From Alphaproteobacteria bacterium (GTDB lineage: Bacteria; Pseudomonadota; Alphaproteobacteria; MPNO01; UBA830), in the NCBI GenBank assembly GCA_964291215.2, contig OZ219791.1:3072001-3136000 (forward strand): 64,000 nucleotides of DNA, read 5' to 3'. This document shows positions 34,005 through 44,209 of the stretch, piece after piece (the stretch's first letter is position 1; each line of letters begins with the position of its first letter). Under the pieces are notes generated by a model. That model did no database searches. It worked only from the letters and a program-made list of their open reading frames with translations, and was not told the origin of the DNA. The position numbers and the translations under genes are program-made.

Positions 34005-34451
34005 CGGCAGCCTCCGGATTGGCGGAAATGCGGCGCGGGCTCCCTCCGGGCGCCCGGCCGTTCACCGAAACCTCCGCGGCCCTTTCCTCATCGTGCCGGG
34101 GGAGCTTGTGCCGGCGCGCCAGGCGGGGGGCCGGCGCAGGACGGGAATGTGCGGTCAGGCGCCGACCGGATCCGCCGGGGTCTTCGAGGTCGCCAGCCAG
34201 GGAAACGCCGGTCGGTTCCGGAAGCGCTTGCCGATGGCAGGATGTCCGGCTTTCGGGCGCGGCGTGTTGAAACCGGCCTGCGGACGGGTTATGGGTTGCA
34301 CCGGCGGGTTCGCTGCGGCCGTGCGGGCGCGGCGCATGCTTGGAATTCGGGACGGGAGGATGAGGTCATGACGCGGATGCCGGGCGATATCGGGATGCAT
34401 GACCTGCGGCTCTCCGGGCGGAGCGCCTCACGCGCGCGCGAACTCGTTGTA

Positions 34452-34469
34452 CCCCCCCCCCCCCCCCCC
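34452..34469 (+). repeat. C18 homopolymer between upstream ATG and autotransporter ORF
   Basis: 18 consecutive C read directly. Confidence 0.9.
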
Positions 34470-34495
34470 AAGAGTCAGGGCGCGGGGCTGAGCCG

Positions 34496-37400
34496 GTGGG
34501 TGCCCTCGGGAGAACCGCCCGCCGCCTGAAGGCGGGACTCGCTGCCCTCTTCCTCATCACGCTGGCCGCCGCCCTCGCGCCGCAGGACGCGCAGGCGCAA
34601 GTGACCGTTACCCTCACCGCCACGCCGGGGCCGGGGCAGGTGACACTCACATGGACCACTTCTTCGCCGACGCCAGCCGGATTCCTTGTTACAAGACTCT
34701 CTCATAGACCCGCCGGTGGATCCTACCAGAGTAAGACACTGACTAGCGCGAACTCCGGCAGCTACACGCTGACCGGGTTGACACCTGGCACGTCCTACGA
34801 CTTCTTTCTCAGCAATAACTGGTCCGGTCATGGCCAGGTGGATTCGAATACAGTTTCCGCGACCCCGACGGCGGTCACGACGCTCGCCGCCCCGACGGGT
34901 CTGACGGCGACGGGGGCCGGCACCACACAGGTGTTGCTGACGTGGACCAAGCCGGCCGGCACGATCACCGGCTACAAGCTGCGCTACGCCAAGACACCGG
35001 CAAAGGGCAGCGCCACCTGGGCCGCCATGGCGGGTTCGGGCGCGAACACCGTGAGGCACATGGTAACGGGGCTGGAAGACGACGCCGAATACAGTTTCAT
35101 GATCCGCGCCGTGAACGCCTCCGGCGACGGCGCCGCCACGGGCTGGGTGACGGCGACGCCTATGGACAGCTGCCCTTCCGTGCTCAGCCCGACGAACCTG
35201 AGCCTCGCGCCGCGTTCGGACGGGTTTGTCGTCACCTGGACGGCGCCGACCGATGTATTCCGCAACGGCTGGACGTTTTCTTACGGCAAGACCGGGGAAA
35301 GTTCGACTTCTGTCACCATCTCGAATGCCGCCGCGACCAGCCGCACGCTGACCGGCCTGGAGGCCGGCACCGAATACGAGATCAGTCTTACAGCGACCCA
35401 TTCTACTTATAATCCTTCTGCGGTCTGTCCTCCAGGCTTCCGTGTAAAAGCCACCGGCACGACCCTCGCGGCCGCTTCCACGAAGACGATCACCCTGTCG
35501 GCTACCTCGACCTCGATCACCGAGGGCAACACCGGTTCGACGGACGTGACGGTGACCGCCACGCTCGGCGAGGGAGCGCCGGCGGACTTTTCGATCACCC
35601 TTGGTTCTGACATCACCACCGGCACGGCCAAAGGCTCCAACAAGGGGAGCGACCAGTGCACCGCGCCCCTGAACCCGGCGGATACCGACTGGTGCTGGCC
35701 GAACAGTGACGCTTCGGTCTCCATCGCCGCAGGCGAGACCGAGGGCACGAGGACCCTTCGCATTCTCGGCGACACCCGGGACGAGCCGAACGAGACCATC
35801 AAGCTGCTTGGTTACAAGTCCGGCTGGACCGCCGGCAAACTCACTCTGACCATCACCGACGACGACGATCCCCCCACCGTTGCCGTTCCCGCGGCGCCGA
35901 CGGGGTTGTCGGCGGAGGCGGGCAACCGTCAGGTGAAGCTGACGTGGACCGACCCGGACGACGATTCGATCACGAGGTATCGGGTGCAGCAGAGGAAGGG
36001 CAGCGCCGCCTGGGGCAGCTGGACCGCGATTTCCGGTTCGGACGCGGACACCACGACCCACACGGTGACGGGTCTGGACAACGACAGCGAGTACCGCTTC
36101 CGCATCCGGGCGCGGAACAGCGGCGGCAACGGCGCCGCGTCGGCGGTGGTGGAGGCGACGCCGTCGGCGTCGGCAGCGGTTCCCAAGCCGGTGCTGAGCG
36201 CCGAACCGGGTTACGCCAGGGTCACCCTGAGCTGGAGCGCCTTGTCGGGTGTGACGGTTGCGAGCTGGGGCTATCAGTACAAGCCCGCGGGCGGCAGCTG
36301 GATCAGGACCCGGACGGTCACCGGCGGCAGCACGACGAGCACCACGGTGACGGGGCTGACGATCGGCACGGAATACACGTTCCGGCTGTTCGCCGCGGTC
36401 GGTCCCGGTGTGCAGTCGGTGTGGTCGGACCAGGTGAAGGCGACGCCGACGAATACGGTTCCCAAGCCGGTTCTGACGGCGGCCGGAGGCGATGCCTCGG
36501 TCACCCTGAGCTGGAGCGCCTTGACGGGCATTCCGATAACGAGCTGGGGCTACCAGTACAAGAGCACGGGCGGCTGGAACACGACCACGACGGTCACGGG
36601 CAGAAGCAGGACGAGCGTCCGGGTGACGGGGCTGACGAAGGGCACGGACTACACGTTCCGCCTGTTTGCGGCGGTCCGTCCCGGGGTGCAGTCGGTGTGG
36701 TCGGACGAGGTGACGGCGAAGACCGATCCGGCGGCCCCGGTTCTGACGGCGGCGACCTCGACGACGAACGGGCAGATCGACCTGACCTGGACCCATGCCG
36801 GCGGCTCGAACGAGTTGTCGGATGCGGACGACTATGTGAAGGACGCGGCCAAGTTCCATTGGTGGAGAGCGCAGACCCGGCTGAAGGGGGCCAGCACCTG
36901 GACGGATCGCAGTCTCAACCAGGCGAGTGCCAGACAGAACCCGGGCTCTCGCAACAATCGGCTTCTGCTGGACTATCCCGACGGGGCATCGGTCGAGGTC
37001 CGGGTTCGGGCAACGGGCTATCGCATGGCGGGTGTCGCCGGGGGAACGGGCAACCTTCAGGGTCCCTGGTCGAACATTCGTACGGTGACCTTCAAGGACG
37101 ACACCACGGCGGCGCTCACGCTGACCGGGACGCCGGTGACGGTGGCGCCCGGTTCCACGGCGACCTACACGGTGGCGCTGACGAAGGCGTATGCGGGGAC
37201 GCTGCGGGTGACGAGCGATGCCACGGCGGCGGCGCGGGTGAGTCCGGCGAGCCTGACATTTACCACCAGCAACTACAACACGGCGCGGACGGTGACGGTG
37301 ACCGGTGTGGCGAACGGCACGGCGGTGATCAACCACGCTTTCCGGCTGACGGGGGCTTCTGCGGATGCGGTCCCGGATGCGGGCACGGTGGACGTGACGG

Positions 37401-40078
37401 TGGCCGATACGCCGGGGGTGACGGTGTCGACGGCGGCGCTGACGGTGGCGGAAGGGGGCAGCAGGACGTACACGATGCGGCTGAACACGCCGCCATCATC
37501 GGATGTGACGATAACGGTGGCAGGCGCGTCGGGGGACGTGACGGTGGAACCGGCCAGCCTGACCTTCACCCGGACCGACTGGAACCAGCCGCAGACGGTG
37601 ACGGTGAACGCAGGCACGGACACGGACACGAACACGGACCCCGCCGTGACGCTGACCCACGGCGCGTCTGGCGGCGGCTACGGCTCGGTGAGCATCGCCG
37701 ATGTGGTGGTGAGCGTGGCGGAGAAGGATGCGGCGCCGTTGAAGCCGGCCGGCCTTGCCGGCGCGGCGGGCAGCGGCTCGGTGACGCTGAGCTGGACCGA
37801 CCCGGACAACCCGACCATCACGAAGTGGCAGGTGCGGCGGAAGGCCGGCAGCGGCGAGTGGGGCGAGTGGGAGGACATTCCCGGCTCCGGTGCGGGCACC
37901 ACCAGCCACGAGGTGAGCGGTCTGACCAACGGCACCGCCTACCAGTTCGAGGTGCGCGCGGTGAACGGGGCCGGCAACGGGGCGGGTCCGGATGCGCCGG
38001 TGACGGCGACGCCGGTGGCGCCGGCGGCGCCGCCGTCCGGCGGAGGCGGCGGCGGCGGCGGCGGTACGACCCCCGCCGGAAGCGTGACGGTGACGCCGAC
38101 CGCGCTGACGGTGGCGGAGGGCAGCAGTGCGGCCTACACGGTGGTGCTGGACGCGGAACCCTCGGGCGATGTCACGGTGACGGTGGGCGGCGCGTCGGGC
38201 GACGTGACGGTGGAACCGGCCAGCCTGACCTTCACGACAACCAACTGGGACACGGCGCAGACGGTGACGGTGCGCGCGGCCCGTGACGAGGACACGACCG
38301 ACGACACGGCGACGCTGACCCACGGCGCCTCGGGCGGCGGCTACGGTTCGGTGACCATCGATTCGGTGGCGGTGACGGTGACCGACACGACGCTGTTGCC
38401 GGTGCTGACGCTGGCGCAGGATCCTGCGGCGGTGACCGAGGGCGACGACATCCGCCTCGCGGTGACCGCCGACCGGGCGCTGACGGGCAGCCTGACGGTC
38501 AGCCTGACGCTGTCGGCGCGCAACGCAAGCGGCTTCGATGCCGGTGACGTTCCGGGCGGTCTGGGGCCGCGTTCGTTCGATGCGGTGTTCGGCGCCGCGG
38601 CGCGCACCACGGGGGTGGTGACGATCCCGACCGCGGCCGATGCGGATACGGAGGGGACGGAAGCCTACCGCATCACGCTGAACGACGGTGCGGACTACGC
38701 GGTGGGGAGCGACGCGACGGCTGCGGGCGTGCTGCGCGACCGGGGTTCCGCGGCGCGGGCGAACCGGGTGAATGCGGCGGTGCTGCCGCATGTGGCGGCG
38801 GCGGCGATGTCGCAGACCCTGGGGGCGGTGACGGGTCGCATCGAGGCGGCCGGCAGGCCGGGCAGCTCGCTGCGGTTCGGCGCCCTGCCGCCGGTGGAGG
38901 ACGAGTGGGCGTCGCCGCGCCCGGAGGAGCCGACGCTGAGCGAGATGCTGGACGGGGCGTCCTTCACGCTGGCGGCGGGCGCCGGGGAGGACGGGGCATC
39001 CGCGCCGCCGTTGGCGGTGTGGGGCCGGGGCGAGTGGCTGTCGCTGTCGGGTTCGGAGAAGGATGTCACCTGGGACGGCGGCCTGTGGTCGGCGCAGCTG
39101 GGGGCGGACCTGCGGGTGCGCCCGGACCTGCTGGCCGGGGCGGCGCTCTCCCATGCGCGGGGCGAGCTGGACACGCAGACGGGCGGGGTGAAGGGCGTGC
39201 ACGAGACCACGATCACGTCGGTGCACCCCTATGCGGCGTGGCTGGCGCCGGACGGCTCGACCCTGTGGGCGAGCCTCGGCTACGGGACCGGCGAGGTGCG
39301 GATTACCGAGGAAGGCGCGGCGGCGCGCAGCGCCGGGCTGACGCATTGGAGCGTGTCTGCGGGCGGGCGCAGCGTCCTGGCCGAGGATGCAGAGCTGATC
39401 GAGGGCGGGATGACGCGCCTTGCGGTGAAGGGCGAGGGTTCGGCGGCGCGTCTGCGCACGGAGGCCGATGACGGTCTGGAGGGGCTGACGGCGAAGACGA
39501 CGCGGCTGCTGCTGGAGGGGTCGTACGAGCACGCGCTGGCGGGCGGTGCGACGCTGACGCCGGCGCTGGAGGCGGGGGTGCGCCATGACGGCGGCGTTGG
39601 CGAAGGGGCGGGCCTCGAGGCCGGGGCGGGCGTGACCTGGCGGGACCCGGCGGCGGGTCTGACGGCGGAGCTGCGCGCGCGGCTCCTGGCGGCGCACGAG
39701 GCGGAGCGCGACGAGTGGGGGGTGAGCGCGCTTGTGCGCCTCGACCCCGGGGCCGACGGGCGCGGGACGTTCCTCGCCTTCGGTCCCGCGCACGGGCGCA
39801 CGGAGAGCGGCCTCGGGCAGCTGTTCGACCTGCCCGCGGCTGCATCCGGCGCGGCAGAGAGCCGTCTGGAGGCGGAGGTGGGCCACGGCTTCGGCCTGCC
39901 CGGTCCGGGGCCGTTGGCGGTGCTCACCCCCTGGGCCGGCTTGAGCCTGGCGGGCGCACGCACCCTGCGGCTCGGTGCGCGCTACCGCCTCGGCGCGGGG
40001 CTGTCTCTCGGCCTCGAGGGCGCGCACCGGCCGGGCCCCGAAGACAGCCTCATGCTGCGCGGCGCGCTCCGCTGGTAG
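34496..40078 (+). CDS. Large surface adhesin/autotransporter with fibronectin type III and Calx-beta-like domains and C-terminal beta-barrel
   Basis: Signal peptide ending AQA; repeated V.L.W...Y....GL.NG.EY.F.VRA.N Fn3 units; TV.EG...YTV.L...P..DVTVT..LTFT..NW...QTVTV units; barrel with terminal LRW. Confidence 0.88.
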   Translation: MGALGRTARRLKAGLAALFLITLAAALAPQDAQAQVTVTLTATPGPGQVTLTWTTSSPTPAGFLVTRLSHRPAGGSYQSKTLTSANSGSYTLTGLTPGTSYDFFLSNNWSGHGQVDSNTVSATPTAVTTLAAPTGLTATGAGTTQVLLTWTKPAGTITGYKLRYAKTPAKGSATWAAMAGSGANTVRHMVTGLEDDAEYSFMIRAVNASGDGAATGWVTATPMDSCPSVLSPTNLSLAPRSDGFVVTWTAPTDVFRNGWTFSYGKTGESSTSVTISNAAATSRTLTGLEAGTEYEISLTATHSTYNPSAVCPPGFRVKATGTTLAAASTKTITLSATSTSITEGNTGSTDVTVTATLGEGAPADFSITLGSDITTGTAKGSNKGSDQCTAPLNPADTDWCWPNSDASVSIAAGETEGTRTLRILGDTRDEPNETIKLLGYKSGWTAGKLTLTITDDDDPPTVAVPAAPTGLSAEAGNRQVKLTWTDPDDDSITRYRVQQRKGSAAWGSWTAISGSDADTTTHTVTGLDNDSEYRFRIRARNSGGNGAASAVVEATPSASAAVPKPVLSAEPGYARVTLSWSALSGVTVASWGYQYKPAGGSWIRTRTVTGGSTTSTTVTGLTIGTEYTFRLFAAVGPGVQSVWSDQVKATPTNTVPKPVLTAAGGDASVTLSWSALTGIPITSWGYQYKSTGGWNTTTTVTGRSRTSVRVTGLTKGTDYTFRLFAAVRPGVQSVWSDEVTAKTDPAAPVLTAATSTTNGQIDLTWTHAGGSNELSDADDYVKDAAKFHWWRAQTRLKGASTWTDRSLNQASARQNPGSRNNRLLLDYPDGASVEVRVRATGYRMAGVAGGTGNLQGPWSNIRTVTFKDDTTAALTLTGTPVTVAPGSTATYTVALTKAYAGTLRVTSDATAAARVSPASLTFTTSNYNTARTVTVTGVANGTAVINHAFRLTGASADAVPDAGTVDVTVADTPGVTVSTAALTVAEGGSRTYTMRLNTPPSSDVTITVAGASGDVTVEPASLTFTRTDWNQPQTVTVNAGTDTDTNTDPAVTLTHGASGGGYGSVSIADVVVSVAEKDAAPLKPAGLAGAAGSGSVTLSWTDPDNPTITKWQVRRKAGSGEWGEWEDIPGSGAGTTSHEVSGLTNGTAYQFEVRAVNGAGNGAGPDAPVTATPVAPAAPPSGGGGGGGGGTTPAGSVTVTPTALTVAEGSSAAYTVVLDAEPSGDVTVTVGGASGDVTVEPASLTFTTTNWDTAQTVTVRAARDEDTTDDTATLTHGASGGGYGSVTIDSVAVTVTDTTLLPVLTLAQDPAAVTEGDDIRLAVTADRALTGSLTVSLTLSARNASGFDAGDVPGGLGPRSFDAVFGAAARTTGVVTIPTAADADTEGTEAYRITLNDGADYAVGSDATAAGVLRDRGSAARANRVNAAVLPHVAAAAMSQTLGAVTGRIEAAGRPGSSLRFGALPPVEDEWASPRPEEPTLSEMLDGASFTLAAGAGEDGASAPPLAVWGRGEWLSLSGSEKDVTWDGGLWSAQLGADLRVRPDLLAGAALSHARGELDTQTGGVKGVHETTITSVHPYAAWLAPDGSTLWASLGYGTGEVRITEEGAAARSAGLTHWSVSAGGRSVLAEDAELIEGGMTRLAVKGEGSAARLRTEADDGLEGLTAKTTRLLLEGSYEHALAGGATLTPALEAGVRHDGGVGEGAGLEAGAGVTWRDPAAGLTAELRARLLAAHEAERDEWGVSALVRLDPGADGRGTFLAFGPAHGRTESGLGQLFDLPAAASGAAESRLEAEVGHGFGLPGPGPLAVLTPWAGLSLAGARTLRLGARYRLGAGLSLGLEGAHRPGPEDSLMLRGALRW

Positions 40079-40329
40079 GAAAACACCCGGCGTGTCCTGC
40101 CGATGGCGCAGGACAGGGGCCGCCGCCCCGGCCGTGACAGGGAGGCCGCGCCGCTCTCGGGAAGGCCCGCGCCGTGTGTTGACCATGACTCTTCTTTTGT
40201 CCGGTTTCGTCCGACGAGGGGGCGTTGTAGGCAGATCTGGAGGTCCATTCGGGAGCGGATTTCGTTGTCGATATGCCGGTTCCGACCTTGAGACGGTGCC
40301 ACCAACTTCAAGAACGGCCACTCTGACAC

Positions 40330-41870
40330 CAAGGTGATCCCATGCTTGTTGATGTGATGTGATCGGAGTCCTGATCGCGGCGCGGGTCGACGCGTTCGAG
40401 GCTGCGATTTTGAGATTTGCTGACGCGCTGTTGCGGCGCGGGGCGCGATTGGTCGGCATATCCGGGGCGAGCGAGAGGCCTGCCGGGTTTAGTTGCCGGG
40501 CTCGAAAGCTTGCGGTTTCTGTCGGGGAGAGAGGCGCGGTCAGCCGGGTCTCGTGATTGCGTGCAGGACCTGCTTGCGCTTGTCAGCATAGTGGCGTCGA
40601 CGAAGCTGTTGAAGGGTTTGGGCAGCTTGCGTTTGTTGCGGATGATGATTGCGAGGGTGATCGCGTTGTTTGCGGGCGCGTTCGGAGCATGGAGTCGTCT
40701 TCGCGGAAGGTGGCGTCGCGGACATGATGATGGCTCTCGACTACCCAGTGTCCGCGATTCCATGCGAGCAGCTGTTGCGGCGAGGCGCGCTTGACCGAAG
40801 TCATGGCGTATTCGGTTGTCCGTTTTCCGGATTTCTTGAATTCGACGCGCCGGGTGACGCGGAAGATCTGCTTGACTAGTTGATCATCTTCGCCAGCGGG
40901 GTGAAGATGGTGCGCTGGCGGCCATGCGCGGGCTTTTCGTTGTAGCGCTGGCGGTCTTCCAGTTGATGCTCTCTCGAAGGTGCGTTGCCCTTGACCATCA
41001 GTCCGCGCGATGGGTCTCGATGATCAGCCTCGCGGGTGGTGTGGAGCGCGTCGAGGGTGAGCAGACGGCCGGCGCCGTCGCGGCGTGGACGGCACGATCT
41101 CCCCGTCGTGATAGTTGAGGATCGAATACCGGCCAGCGAGACCGTCTCGTAATGATCCTCGCCGGTGCGCTTGCCGTCGACCGCGTTGCCGACCTGCGGC
41201 TGCGCGCCGCATCCTCGATCCATCCCGGGTCGGTGTTCTGCAGCACCCGGTGCACGGTGGAGACCGGCTTGTCCCTGTTCTTCCATGCTGCTCCAGCTCC
41301 TTCTGCGTCGTAGTGCGCCGCCGCAACCGTGCCGGTTCGCAAGCCAGCAAAATCACGCACAGCACCGAGGCGATGCCCCTGCGCGCGCCGGAAAGCGCCG
41401 CTGATAAATCGAGCGCAATTCCTGCGCCGACCAGCGGCGCCCGCAACTCCCACGCCACAGGAAGCGGCGAACGATCCCGCAGCCGGCATCGCGACGCAGC
41501 GGAAACACGTAAAGATCCTTCGCCTCCCCGGTCGGTATAGCGCCCGCTGGCGCGCGCATAGCTCCTGCCAACGCACTCCCAGTTCGCCGCCTTGTACATG
41601 GTGCCGCTGAACTTCGTCGGCAAGACAAACGACTCCGCAACAAGCAACGGCAGCCTCCCAGTCGCCGCCGCACCATCCGCGACAACGCAAACGAGGCCCG
41701 GAAACGACCACCAAGAACAACAAACCTCGTGTTGTTCCCGGCAACCGCCTGAACTGTTCCTCGCGGCGCCAGCCAACGGGTGCGCAGCTGAGGGCGCCCG
41801 TCTGCCAGCCTGCAGTGCCAATCCACCGCCCGCGCCAAGTGAACACGTAGCGCAGACCTCGACCGGCAAA
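40330..41870 (-). mobile_element. Degenerate ISAs1-family element with DUF4338 domain, copy 2 (more complete)
   Basis: LRYVFTWRGRWIGTAGW, AESFVLPTKFSGTMYKAANWECVG; LTLDALHT; RGHWVVESHHHVRDATFREDDS (ISAs1 C-terminal motif). Confidence 0.8.
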
Positions 41871-42231
41871 CTGCTTGAAACCAAGATACGGTCAACAACA
41901 CGGTTCCAGCGACATCAGGCCGCGCAAGGCGCACAACCACATCCCGGAGCGCAAAACCCTCCGGAGTCGTCTCAAAAAAATCCGCTGCCCCCACGACAAC
42001 GGATACTACGCCGCTTCACAAAAAGCCAGCGAAAATGCGAATCATCCTGAACAAGCAAAACCGACCCTTCCAACAAACCTAGCGTGGGATCGCCGTGCCC
42101 ACAACCCGTCCACGCGCCGGCAATGCCGCCGGCGACGACCGCGGACGGCCCCGAAGCCAGAAAACCCGGCACGCTGTGAAACCTCCGGACAGCAGAAGAC
42201 AGCAAAATTGAATGCAGCATGAGAAACGCCT

Positions 42232-42457
42232 GGACCGCACCTTTCTCCCCAACAGAAACCGCAACCATCCGAGCTCGGCAACCAAACCCGGCAGGCCTCT
42301 CGCTCGCACCGGATACGCCGAAGTCGATCAATCGTGCCCCGCTCGACGCCGCAACAGGGCATCAGACGTCAGCAAATCTCAAAATTGCAGCCTCGAACGC
42401 GTCGACCCGCGCCGCGATCAGAACTCCGATCACATCACATCAACAAGCATGGGATCA
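42232..42457 (+). repeat. Third, inverted copy of the ~220-bp non-coding 3' tail of the ISAs1 element
   Basis: Reverse complement of 40334-40545 (e.g. CGTCGACCCGCGCCGCGATCAG.ACTCCGATCACATCACATCAACAAGCATGGGATCA). Confidence 0.85.
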
Positions 42458-42607
42458 TCGTAAAGCTGAAAGCCCGGCCATGGACTTCATCGCTCTGATC
42501 GGTAACAATGGCGATCGTCGGGCTCCGTGACCGTCCCCCGCACATTCAGGATGTGTCCGGGAGCACTGCCCAAGCTGGCGCCTGCCCACACGGAACTGGA
42601 GAAAATC

Positions 42608-43480
42608 ATGGCACGGTTCATCGTCTCGCCGCATATGCGCCTACATGAATGGGTGGCAGAGGAAAAGGGTTTCTTCCGCGAAGCCGGGCTCGACTACGAG
42701 TTTCGCGAACAGCTTACCTCGGATGACGGCAGCTATCATGATCTCGGCGACAAGGTCGGCGCCTACCAGACCTTCGAGAGCGGACGCAACTGCGATGTCA
42801 GCGCAGCGTGCCACTGGACAGTCAACGCGGCCGCTGCGTCCGGCCACGGCAAGCTCTATTCCGGCTGCTATTCGGTCTCGCCCTGCGGCATCTTCGTTCC
42901 GGCCGAATCAGAAATCGGGCGACCCGAGGACCTCGCCGGGGTTCCCATCTCCGTCGGCTACCAGTCCGGAAGCCATTATTCGACCATCCAGACGCTCGAA
43001 GAATTCCTGGCGCCGGACGACATCCGGCTTTCCTTCGCCGACGGCCTCTTGTTCCACCGGCTCGAACTTCTGGTCGACGGCAAGGCACCTGCAGTCAGCC
43101 TGTTCAGCGGGCCATTCTATTTTGCAGAGCAACTCGGTTTCCGCAAGGTGGTAGACACCAGCTTCATGATGGCCTCGATGATCACCGGCAATCCCGATCC
43201 CGACGATGTGACGAAGTATTTCAGTGCTTTGCGCCGCGCCCAAGTCGAGATCGACCTCCGGCTTGAGCTCTACCGCCATCACTACAGGCGGGAATTCCCA
43301 AAGCGCTTCCACCCGGATATGGATGTACGACGCTTCGGCCCAGGCGAGCGGCTTGTGTTCGAGCCCTACACCGAAGACATGTTCGAACGTTCACAGAACT
43401 GGGTCACTCAACGCGGGATCTTTCCGGACGGCGGGCCCGGGACCGCGCCCTATCAGGAATCGATCTACGCCACCGCCTGA
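42608..43480 (+). CDS. NMT1/THI5/SsuA-like periplasmic-binding-fold protein lacking a signal peptide
   Basis: WVAEEKGFFREAGLD, IFVPAESEIGRPEDLAGVPISVGYQSGSH; no hydrophobic leader from the SD-supported ATG 42608. Confidence 0.75.
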   Translation: MARFIVSPHMRLHEWVAEEKGFFREAGLDYEFREQLTSDDGSYHDLGDKVGAYQTFESGRNCDVSAACHWTVNAAAASGHGKLYSGCYSVSPCGIFVPAESEIGRPEDLAGVPISVGYQSGSHYSTIQTLEEFLAPDDIRLSFADGLLFHRLELLVDGKAPAVSLFSGPFYFAEQLGFRKVVDTSFMMASMITGNPDPDDVTKYFSALRRAQVEIDLRLELYRHHYRREFPKRFHPDMDVRRFGPGERLVFEPYTEDMFERSQNWVTQRGIFPDGGPGTAPYQESIYATA

Positions 43481-43688
43481 ACGGAGGGAGCAGGTCCGGC
43501 CGCCCCGCCTGCGGCTGATGCGGCACCGTTCTGCATCGTCGAGGATTTAGGGTGGGTCGGTGCCGATGATTTCGAATCCGGAAACACGCGTAGCATTCGC
43601 TACAGCGTCACTGCCAACATTCCTGTCGAGCGTCAAAGGCAGAGGGTAGTAGGCACCGGGAGATCAGACCACCGTTTCGTGTTCGGCC

Positions 43689-44195
43689 TCACTTGCGCCC
43701 TTCGCGGCGCAACGCCGAAGGCTGGACCTCCCGGGTCCGCTCCCGGTACCGGAAGTCGTAAGGCGGATACTCGTTATCGATGCCGACGACAAGATAGCGC
43801 TCCGACTGCAGATCACTATGGACCTCAAGAGTAGTCCAGAGCAGCGGCTTTTCGTAGTAGTTGACCACATGCCCTTCCGGGACACGCCAGAACTCGTCAC
43901 GGTTGTCGTAGAGGTCCACCAGGAGGATCTGCCAGGAATCCTGGTCGACCTAGAACGTGCGGCGCTTGTACACGGGTACCTTCCTTGAGCCTGGCTTCCA
44001 CCACCCATACCCAGTGCAGTTCGTAGCGCACATATTCGGGATTGATGTGAAGCGGCCTGACGATGTCCGAGAGCTTCAGCGCGTCGCCGTGCAACCGGTA
44101 GGAATTGTAGGGGACGTATATCTCGCGCTTGCCTGCCAGTTCCCAGTCGTACCGGTTGGGAGCGCCGTTGAACGTGTCGTACTGATCTGCGGTCC
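43689..44195 (-). pseudogene. DUF1329 (lipoprotein-sorting-like) protein C-terminal fragment
   Basis: RTADQYDTFNGAPNRYDWELAGKREIYVPYNSY..RYELH.VWVVEARLKEG..DLYDNRDEFWRV..PSALRR; frameshifts and stop. Confidence 0.8.
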
Positions 44196-44209
44196 GGTCG
44201 ATGTGACTG

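Noticed and set aside
34475-40459. Long antisense ORFs (953 and 987 aa; likewise 49581-52181, 8136-9911)
   Set aside because: Shadow frames of GC-rich genes with Arg/Ala/Pro-rich, motif-free translations.
41500-41870. Druantia defence system
   Set aside because: Only the DUF4338 domain is present, inside an IS; no DruE helicase or other partners.
41875-42060. IscB/TnpB remnant with the IS tail as guide RNA
   Set aside because: No RuvC, HNH or zinc-finger motifs can be read; too short and degraded.
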